Source: an uncultured Erysipelotrichaceae bacterium (GTDB taxonomy: Bacteria > Bacillota_I > Bacilli_A > RFN20 > CAG-826). Taken from it: DNA of 64,000 nucleotides. Made by a program: the position numbers and the translations under genes. The notes beneath the pieces are model-generated. The model was not told the origin of the DNA and searched no databases. It was given only the letters and a program-made list of their open reading frames with translations. Each line of letters starts with the position of its first letter. Position 1 is the stretch's first letter. The stretch lies in contig CACYSA010000013.1 of the NCBI GenBank assembly GCA_902777015.1, positions 229 to 64,228 on the forward strand. Direction: 5' to 3'. Below, piece after piece: positions 54,231-61,902 of this stretch.

Positions 54231-54376
54231 CTTGTTCTGTCTTTTATACGTGAGCGCGTTCACTCAATAATAATATTTTTCCTAATTTTTATTTTTTAAA
54301 TTTTTTGTTGTTTTCTGCTCTTTGAGGTAATACCATTTTAAACAAATTTAAACTCGAAAAGGAGAAAACGCAGTTT

Positions 54377-57300
54377 ATGAAAAAAATTTCAAAATTGTTT
54401 GTCGGCTTGGCTTTAGGTGGCATGCTCTTATCTGGCTGTAACTTAAGTGGCCCAGCTGCATCTTACAATGCTACAAACTATAGACAGCAAGATGTCTACA
54501 AGTTGTACGTTGCCGAAGGTGGCGCTCTAACATACGAAGAGTGGTTAGAATCAATCAGAGGCGCCGACGGCTCACAATTCTATGCTGATGTCAATGACCC
54601 AACTGCAGCAGGTGGTAAAGATGGTGACGTGTTTGTTAACATCTCTTCCTGGGATCTCTTCTTAAAGATCGCTGGCAATTGGCAAAAGATCGGCAACCTC
54701 AAAGGTGAACAAGGTCCAAAAGGTGACAAAGGTGATAAGGGTGACAAAGGTGACCAAGGTCTTCCTGGTGCTGATGGTTCCCAAATCTATGCTGATGTCA
54801 ATGATCCAGCAGCCGCTGCTGGTAAAGACAACGACTTATTCATCAACATCGCTTCATGGGATGTCTTCCTTAAAGTGAATGGTGCTTGGAATAAAGTCGG
54901 TAACATCAAAGGTGCTCAAGGTTTACAAGGTGAACAAGGCTTACAAGGCGCTGCCGGTTCACAAATCTTCGCAGACGCACAAGATCCAGCCGCTGACGGC
55001 GGTAAAGAAGGCGATTTATTCATTAATATCGCTACATGGGATGTCTTCCTTAAATTGAACGGTGCTTGGGCAAAAGTTGGTAACATCAAAGGTGCTCAAG
55101 GCGAAAAAGGTGATAAGGGTGACAAAGGTGACAAAGGTGACAAAGGTGACGATGGCGCTGATGGTCAAGATGGTAGAGATGGTAACTCATTCAGTAATGG
55201 TTACGGTCGTCCAGATGATGCCGATGGCCAAGATGGTGACACATATCTCGATTTAAATAATTTAGATATCTACGCCAAGAACAATGGCCACTGGGCTAAA
55301 GTCAACAATATGAGAGAAGAACTCAGATGGGACTTAGAAGTCGAAGCCGAAATGAATAAATATCTCGGTGGCGCACTCCCATTTGTTGATCTCAATCCTG
55401 ATACAATGTATCACAGCTTCAGCACTACTTATGAAGCTTACTATGGATTCGATCTTTATGTCATCGGTGATGATAACCCATACAACTTAGTCGAAGACTA
55501 TGGTGAAAGATTAATTGCTGCTGGTTTCGAATATAATCCAGCCGCAGCTGAATTCGGTGGCGATTACATCAAAACAACTCCAAGAGGCTATCAAATTGAA
55601 GTCTCCTTCGACTATTATGAAGCTACATCAAGTTACGAAGCTGGTAACGAAATTGATGTTTACATGCCTCCATATGTTGATCCATATTCAGCAGAATTCT
55701 TTGAAGATCTCGGATTCAATCTCGTTAATGGTTATCCAAAGGATGATATCGACAATGCTCTTCAATTAGATGCCGAAGCTCTTCCAGGTGTCAACCTCGA
55801 TGGCGCATGGTATGAAAAGAAAGGCAAAAACGATATGGGCGCTGATGGTGTCTACTACTACGTTTTAGCCGCTACAGAAGGCGAATTCGCTGATGACATT
55901 GCAGATCAAGTCGAAGCGCTTGGTTTCGAATATGATGAAGAATATGAATGCTGGGTCGGTGATGAAGAACGCGAAGTCGATCTCGATGAAAGAGATGGCT
56001 GGACATACGTTAAATTCTTTGGCCCAACACTCATGGAACCATACGATGAAGCATACTTCCTTGAAAACGGTTACAATGCAGTTGAAGGATTCCCAGATGA
56101 CATCGTTGAATTAGCTTACAAAGAAGACAACTGGTTCGATGGTGTTAATGTCGAAGGTAATTGGTTTGCCAAGTACTCAACAACAAAATATACAACTGGT
56201 TCACACATTGGTACAATGAGAACAACTGCTTATTTAGCAACAGAAGGTGACTTCGTTGCTGAATTCGAAGCCAACATCCAAGAAGCTGGATTCTCATGGG
56301 TTAGCAAATACTCTGACTGGGAATTAGCAACTAACGAGATGGCTTACATCACAGTCAAATATGTCCGTGGTTACACAATGATTTACATCGGTGGCGACTA
56401 TCTCGATGATCCAGATTATGTTCCTGCAGAAAACGTTGAAGCACCAGAAGTTGCCGCTGCAATCGATGCATTCTTCGCTGATTATGATATTGAAACAAAT
56501 GCTCCAGCTTACTATGCTCCATCAACATATAGAGTTGAAGCAGGTAATGGCTTCATTAGAATCTACAATTCAGTTTTAGCTGATATGCAAGCTTATGAAA
56601 CAGCCTTAATCGCTGCTGGTTGGACAACATCTCACCCAAGTGCAAGTTGGCCAAATGACTATGTTGCTACCTTCGGTGAAACAGGCGCTACATTACAGAT
56701 TGAAGAATACTCTTCATACGTCAAAATTACATTCTCTTACGAAGAACCAGTTCCTCCAATGACAGCTGCTGATGCCACTGCTGAATTATTAGCATACTGG
56801 GCTACATTAGGAATTGATCCAGCTGATATCGAATTACCAGATTTCGAAACAGCTAACGGTGTCTATCTCTCTTCTGACCAATATGTTGAATCAAGTGGCT
56901 TCTATTTAGTGCAAGTTGGCAATGCTACTGCTGCTGAATATGCTGCTTACATCGAAGACTTAGAAACAGCTGGTTGGGATACTGAATACTTCAATAACAC
57001 AGAAAGTGGCCTTACTGGTTATGCCTGTACATTCGGTGAATCAGGCACAGTCCCATGCATGGAAGTTCAAGATCACCTTGATGCTGGTTATGTTGCTATC
57101 TTAGCTTACAGTACATTCGTTATGGGTGAAATCACACCTCAATCAGTTATCGCTAACATCGCTAGTATGGTTACACAAACAGGCGAATACGATGATTTAG
57201 GTAACAATACATATGCTCTTGAAGCTGGTTACTTAGCTTCCAGCGTTTCACTTGACAAGATTATTGGTTGGATTGAAACAGCCTTTGTTCCAGAAGGCTT

Positions 57301-57472
57301 CACAATGGTTGAAGACTGGACACCAGATGTCTATGAAGGTATCGCTGCTCAAACTCGTACATATTACAACGAAGATGCTGACGTCGTTCTTGAATTCAAA
57401 ATCTTCTCATGGTCACATCCTACTGCTGGTGACATCAACTCATTCTACGCTAAAGCTTACTACGGTAACTAA
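54377..57472 (+). CDS. Collagen-like (GXY) repeat lipoprotein with phage-tail-fibre-like modules and a repeated acidic/aromatic C-terminal region
   Basis: 1031 aa. Lipobox LSGC. GXY tracts GEQGPKGDKGDKGDKGDQGLPGADG, GAQGLQGEQGLQGAAG and GAQGEKGDKGDKGDKGDKGDDGADGQDGRDG. SD AAGGAG. Confidence 0.85.
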   Translation: MKKISKLFVGLALGGMLLSGCNLSGPAASYNATNYRQQDVYKLYVAEGGALTYEEWLESIRGADGSQFYADVNDPTAAGGKDGDVFVNISSWDLFLKIAGNWQKIGNLKGEQGPKGDKGDKGDKGDQGLPGADGSQIYADVNDPAAAAGKDNDLFINIASWDVFLKVNGAWNKVGNIKGAQGLQGEQGLQGAAGSQIFADAQDPAADGGKEGDLFINIATWDVFLKLNGAWAKVGNIKGAQGEKGDKGDKGDKGDKGDDGADGQDGRDGNSFSNGYGRPDDADGQDGDTYLDLNNLDIYAKNNGHWAKVNNMREELRWDLEVEAEMNKYLGGALPFVDLNPDTMYHSFSTTYEAYYGFDLYVIGDDNPYNLVEDYGERLIAAGFEYNPAAAEFGGDYIKTTPRGYQIEVSFDYYEATSSYEAGNEIDVYMPPYVDPYSAEFFEDLGFNLVNGYPKDDIDNALQLDAEALPGVNLDGAWYEKKGKNDMGADGVYYYVLAATEGEFADDIADQVEALGFEYDEEYECWVGDEEREVDLDERDGWTYVKFFGPTLMEPYDEAYFLENGYNAVEGFPDDIVELAYKEDNWFDGVNVEGNWFAKYSTTKYTTGSHIGTMRTTAYLATEGDFVAEFEANIQEAGFSWVSKYSDWELATNEMAYITVKYVRGYTMIYIGGDYLDDPDYVPAENVEAPEVAAAIDAFFADYDIETNAPAYYAPSTYRVEAGNGFIRIYNSVLADMQAYETALIAAGWTTSHPSASWPNDYVATFGETGATLQIEEYSSYVKITFSYEEPVPPMTAADATAELLAYWATLGIDPADIELPDFETANGVYLSSDQYVESSGFYLVQVGNATAAEYAAYIEDLETAGWDTEYFNNTESGLTGYACTFGESGTVPCMEVQDHLDAGYVAILAYSTFVMGEITPQSVIANIASMVTQTGEYDDLGNNTYALEAGYLASSVSLDKIIGWIETAFVPEGFTMVEDWTPDVYEGIAAQTRTYYNEDADVVLEFKIFSWSHPTAGDINSFYAKAYYGN
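54557..55312 (+). repeat. About 3.5 tandem units of [GXY tract + ~45-aa GD-x-F-x-N-I-x-x-W-D-x-F-L-K-x-x-G-x-W-x-K-x-G-N-x-K-G module]
   Basis: Three near-identical protein units plus a diverged fourth (GDTYLDLNNLDIYAKNNGHWAKVNN). Includes three perfect tandem ggtgacaaa 9-mers at 55118-55144. Confidence 0.85.
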
Positions 57473-57495
57473 GAATAGAACTTAAAAAACAAATT

Positions 57496-57523
57496 AGGAT
57501 CAGAGTAATCTGATCCTTTTTTT
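57496..57523 (+). terminator. Rho-independent terminator
   Basis: AGGATCAG-AGTAAT-CTGATCCT followed by a T7 run. Confidence 0.8.
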
Positions 57524-57662
57524 AACGCACGCAATATTACACTTTTCTTAGTTTTGTCATTGTTTGATAAAATCAAAAAATATTACTTTTTCTTGCTAAA
57601 TTCATCAATAAGCATAAAATGTATACTAAATTAGTATATCCATCAAGAAAAGGAGGAATAAC

Positions 57663-60600
57663 ATGGCAAACAAGTTAAAAAAATTGTTAGTTGCAGGTTC
57701 ATTGGTGTCTAGCATCTTTGTAGCGTTAGTTGCTTGTAATAAACCACAAGGCCAATCTAATCAAAGCGATGCATCCACCACTCCCGCTGCTAGTGTTGTT
57801 TCTAGCGTTCCGGCTAGTAGCTTGCCAGGTGCTTCATCTGTGACACCTACACCAAGTTCATCTGCTGCGCCAAGTTCATCAGAAGCAATTTCTTCAAGTG
57901 AAGCTCCAGCGCCAGTTGTGTTAACAGGCATTACTGCAGTTAATAACCAAACAAGTTATGCATATGGCAACGAACAATTAGATCTTACAGTTACCGCTAA
58001 TTATTCTGACGGCACCTCTGTAACTATTACCGATTATCAAGTTACAGGTTATGATGCCACAAAGACTGGTGAGCAAAACCTCACAGTGTCATTCGAAGGA
58101 AAGACATGCTCAGTCAAAGTTAAAGTTGATAATCCAGTGTTAGTTAATATCAGTGCTAGCACAAATAAAGAAGCCTACGAGTACGGTGAAGAATTAGATA
58201 TCGTTGTCAAAGCCCACTACTCCGATGGTTCTGAAGTTGTAATCGATAATTACACAGTTACTGGTTACAACGCTGAAAATCCTGGTGAACAAGATTTAAC
58301 AGTTACTTATGAAGGTGAAACATGTAGCTTAAAAGTTCTTGTTAATAACCCAGTATTAGTGAACATCACCGCAGTTAGCAACAAAGAAAGCTACGAATAC
58401 GGTGAAGACTTAGATATCGTTGTTGTGGCTAAATACTCCGATGGTTCGGAAGTGACATTAGATAACTATGAAGTTACTGGTTATGATGCTCAAAATCCAG
58501 GCGAGCAAAACTTAACAGTTACTTATGAAGGTAAAACATGTAGCTTAAAAGTTCTTGTTAATGAAAGAAAGAATCAATTCCCACTCGATAAGTTAAATAG
58601 TTTCTTACAATTAGAAAATATTACCACTCCTGTCATCTCCCCAGTTGGTTATGATGCTTGGGAAGAAAAAACAGAGCCAGAACAAGATGGTAGCAAATAC
58701 TTCGTTGCCTCCACTAATGATGAAGGACAAGCGGGTGTTGATACAATTGCTGACCAATACGCTGTTGCCTTGCAAGCGGAAGGTTGGACAGTCAACAACG
58801 ATAATGGTTCCTATGTCGCTTACAAAGCAGAAGGTGACGTTGAAGTATCATTTGAAACAGTTAACAAAGTGTTCTCATTACGTATCAATTCATTCGTTGA
58901 ATTCCCAAATCAAAAAATTACTGCTTCCCCAATTAAAACAAAAGCCACTATTGAAGATGGCCAAACAATTATCTTCGGTAATGTTGCAAAAGGTTTAGTT
59001 ATTAACGACTTTGCAAATGGCAAATTAAAAGCAGAAAGTTGCAGATCTACTGATACCAAATTAGATGGTATTGAAAAAGATGTCTGGCGTTTCACAATTA
59101 ATAGAGTTTCTACCAATTTCACATTCACTGATATCTATGGTAGAAAATTAGGCGCTACTGGTCTTGGTCAATTAGCCTTTGATGAAGGTTCTACAGAATG
59201 GTCAATGGTTATCACATCTAGATCCACCATTATCGCTAACGCTAATAAAGATTTTGGCAGACTTTGCATCAATTTAGATAACAATACACTTACCACATAC
59301 TCAAACGTTAATGATGGTAACTTAGTGTACACACAAATTCTTAAATTATCTCAAGAAGAAATTATCTATCCAACAGGTATCGCTCTTGAAGGTAAACAAG
59401 AACTCGCAATCGGTAAAAAGAACGCTCTTGATGTTAAATTCATTCCAGAAAACGCTAATTCATTAAGTAAGATTACATGGTCTTCATCTGATGAAAATAT
59501 TGCGAAAGTTGATGAAAATGGTTTAGTTACCGCTATTGCAGTGGGCAATGCTACCATTACCGCTAAAACATTTGCTAAGAGAACAGTATTAGAAGCTTCA
59601 TTCAATATTGAAGTTAAAGAAGTTGTCTTAGATGCTTGGACCATTATGCTTTACATCTGTGGTTCTAACTTAGAAAGCGAAAGTGGTTTAGCTACTACTG
59701 ATATCACTGAAATCTTAAGTGTTAACAATCAACCAGAAGACGTCAATATCATTATCGAAACAGGTGGTTCAACATCATGGCATAACTATGGTATCGATTC
59801 TTCCAAACTATCCCGTTACCACGTGAGAGATCAAGAATTAGTCTTAGACGAAAAGCTCCCAAAAGAAAACATGGGTAAGCAATCAGTGTTTGAATCATTC
59901 TTAACCTGGGGTTTACAAGAATATCCAGCAGAAAAAATGGGTGTTATCTTCTGGAACCATGGTGGCGCGTTAGATGGTGTTTGCTTCGATGATACTATCG
60001 GTTCTGATAGCATTACAAATTCAGAAACAAAAGCCACATTTGAAAAAGTTTTCCCACAATATGGCATTGATAAGCTTGAATTCGTCGGTTATGACGCTTG
60101 CTTGATGCAAATTCAAGATATCGCTGAATTCAATTCCCACTACTTCAACTACATGGTTGGTTCCGAAGAAGCTGAAGCCGGTGAAGGTTGGGTCTATGAT
60201 AAATGGGTCGATGATGTCTATGCTGGTAAAGATACAAAAACAATCTTAAAAGCCAACTGTGATGCCTTTGTCGCTGAATATGGTAGTGATCAAACACTTT
60301 CCTACTTAGATTTATCTAAAATGGAAAACTATCACGCTAAATTTGAAGCAATGGCCACTGCTATTAAGAGCACCGCTAAGTCTAACTACAGTGCATTCAA
60401 AACATTGTTAAAGAGTGTCAAAGACTTCGGTGACATCCAAGATTGGTGGTATTCACAAAACGGCTATGATGCATATGGCGAAATCGATGGCTTAGACTTA
60501 TTGAACAAACTTGGTAATAATGCTACTTATAGCGCATTCCAAGATGTCATCAATGAAGCCAAAACAGCCTATACGTCATTAGTGGCCTATTCTAGAAAAG

Positions 60601-60707
60601 GTAATGCCGCTGGTAATGCCAATGGCTTAGGCGTTATCTCTGGTGCTCCAGTTAGTTATCCATCAAGTGAAACAGCATTCACTACTTGGAGAAGTATCTT
60701 CTACTAG
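57663..60707 (+). CDS. Clostripain-family (C11) cysteine peptidase lipoprotein with Ig-like repeats
   Basis: 1014 aa. Lipobox LVAC, a Ser-rich stalk, three ~72-aa Ig-like repeats and a Big_2-like segment (ITWSSSDENIAKVDENGLVTAIAVGNATITA). The C11 domain runs from W659: catalytic His in VIFWNHGGALDG and Cys in FVGYDACLMQ. SD AAGGAGG. Confidence 0.85.
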   Translation: MANKLKKLLVAGSLVSSIFVALVACNKPQGQSNQSDASTTPAASVVSSVPASSLPGASSVTPTPSSSAAPSSSEAISSSEAPAPVVLTGITAVNNQTSYAYGNEQLDLTVTANYSDGTSVTITDYQVTGYDATKTGEQNLTVSFEGKTCSVKVKVDNPVLVNISASTNKEAYEYGEELDIVVKAHYSDGSEVVIDNYTVTGYNAENPGEQDLTVTYEGETCSLKVLVNNPVLVNITAVSNKESYEYGEDLDIVVVAKYSDGSEVTLDNYEVTGYDAQNPGEQNLTVTYEGKTCSLKVLVNERKNQFPLDKLNSFLQLENITTPVISPVGYDAWEEKTEPEQDGSKYFVASTNDEGQAGVDTIADQYAVALQAEGWTVNNDNGSYVAYKAEGDVEVSFETVNKVFSLRINSFVEFPNQKITASPIKTKATIEDGQTIIFGNVAKGLVINDFANGKLKAESCRSTDTKLDGIEKDVWRFTINRVSTNFTFTDIYGRKLGATGLGQLAFDEGSTEWSMVITSRSTIIANANKDFGRLCINLDNNTLTTYSNVNDGNLVYTQILKLSQEEIIYPTGIALEGKQELAIGKKNALDVKFIPENANSLSKITWSSSDENIAKVDENGLVTAIAVGNATITAKTFAKRTVLEASFNIEVKEVVLDAWTIMLYICGSNLESESGLATTDITEILSVNNQPEDVNIIIETGGSTSWHNYGIDSSKLSRYHVRDQELVLDEKLPKENMGKQSVFESFLTWGLQEYPAEKMGVIFWNHGGALDGVCFDDTIGSDSITNSETKATFEKVFPQYGIDKLEFVGYDACLMQIQDIAEFNSHYFNYMVGSEEAEAGEGWVYDKWVDDVYAGKDTKTILKANCDAFVAEYGSDQTLSYLDLSKMENYHAKFEAMATAIKSTAKSNYSAFKTLLKSVKDFGDIQDWWYSQNGYDAYGEIDGLDLLNKLGNNATYSAFQDVINEAKTAYTSLVAYSRKGNAAGNANGLGVISGAPVSYPSSETAFTTWRSIFY
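57915..58562 (+). repeat. Three tandem ~219-bp / 72-aa Ig-like repeats
   Basis: NPVLVNI(S/T)A.SNKE.YEYGE.LDIVV.A.YSDGSEV..DNY.VTGY.A.NPGEQ.LTVTYEG.TCSLKVLVN. Copies 2 and 3 are highly similar at the DNA level. Confidence 0.85.
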
Positions 60708-60731
60708 AATATATAAATAACTATTAAAACA

Positions 60732-60757
60732 GGCGGTTCCGTAAGGTTCCGCCTTTT
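60732..60757. terminator. Bidirectional terminator hairpin between convergent genes
   Basis: GGCGG-TT-CC-GTAA-GG-TT-CCGCC followed by TTTT. The complement is also followed by a T-rich run. Confidence 0.6.
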
Positions 60758-60766
60758 CATATGCAA

Positions 60767-61693
60767 TTAATCAATGAAGTTCACTATGGCTTTAATTATT
60801 TCTGGATCTTGCTCCACTAGACGGTCTAAAGAAACGTTTTTGAAATAATTAATTTTATCTTCATCAGTTTTTATTTCTTTATTTTTAATTAAAAGATTAT
60901 ATTTACCAAAGACATCGTTCATATAGGCTACTGCTTCAGCGGTATAGTTTGGATTATGCTTCTTATTATTTAATTTAATTGTTTTAATATGAGGATTATT
61001 AATTTGTTCCACTATTTTTAGACCAATATCATATGGTACCATTCCATCATCAATTGATTGGATATATAAAATATCATCATCAGTGTTCTTTAGATATGAA
61101 ATATTATCAATTCCATAATAAAGTGATTCGATTTTTCTTTCGAAATGGAGAATTCTATTAAGAATGAACTTATTAGGAACGAATTTCATTAATAATGATG
61201 ACATTTCAATAAATCCGGATAATATTACCGCCTTTTTAATGTCTTTTCTTAGATTAATAACATTTAAAGCGGTATAACCACCGAGAGAATGGCCCACTAA
61301 AACGATTTCTTGTTCTAATTTGAGGTGTTTTAATAAATCCATCACATCTCTAGTGGGTTTATTGAGCGATTTTAAATAATCACCACCAGATTTATCACAT
61401 CCACGGTAATCTAAAGTTAAAACTTTATATCCAGCTTTCGCTAATTCATTAATTTCCGCTAAATAGGCAGTATGACCTGGACCCATGCCATGGCAGAATA
61501 AGATGATCTTATCTTTTTGATAATTATCGTAATAATAATAGAAATAAGCGATATCAACACCATCACTATTGGTGAATTTATATGCTTCTTGGCGTAAACC
61601 AATAAAATCGAAGTGCGAATGATATGGTATTCCTACTTCTTTATCATAACGATGAACAAAGAACTTAATATAATGATGTGAAAATATACCCAT
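60767..61693 (-). CDS. Alpha/beta-fold hydrolase
   Basis: 308 aa. GHSLGG nucleophile elbow and LFCHGMGPGH. SD AAGGAG. Confidence 0.75.
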   Translation of the reverse strand: MGIFSHHYIKFFVHRYDKEVGIPYHSHFDFIGLRQEAYKFTNSDGVDIAYFYYYYDNYQKDKIILFCHGMGPGHTAYLAEINELAKAGYKVLTLDYRGCDKSGGDYLKSLNKPTRDVMDLLKHLKLEQEIVLVGHSLGGYTALNVINLRKDIKKAVILSGFIEMSSLLMKFVPNKFILNRILHFERKIESLYYGIDNISYLKNTDDDILYIQSIDDGMVPYDIGLKIVEQINNPHIKTIKLNNKKHNPNYTAEAVAYMNDVFGKYNLLIKNKEIKTDEDKINYFKNVSLDRLVEQDPEIIKAIVNFID

Positions 61694-61902
61694 ATATTTA
61701 TTTTACTCCTTTTTATTAGTTTTTGCGCTCATATACACGCGTAGGCGTGTTCAAGGAATAAATTACTATAAATAGTAGTTTCTCTTCTTAAATCGCCTGT
61801 TTTGATACTTTCCCTTATATCAAAAATTATATTAGTAATTATTAATTATTTTTAGCAGTTTTCAATTTTTTATACGTCTTAATGTGTAGGAGGACATCCA
61901 AA

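Noticed and set aside
54380-54386. A7 homopolymer right after the ATG of the collagen-like gene (also A7 at 57677-57683 in the C11 gene) as a possible phase-variation switch
   Set aside because: The A-runs arise from the Lys codons (AAA) of the signal peptide. Seven bases is shorter than the tracts usually associated with slipped-strand phase variation, and similar runs occur in most signal peptides here.
55062-56579. Several 62-84-aa + strand ORFs in alternative frames inside the collagen-like gene
   Set aside because: They are frame-shifted readings of repetitive GXY/acidic coding sequence (K/V/T/M-rich) and are nested in a 1031-aa ORF with a strong SD.
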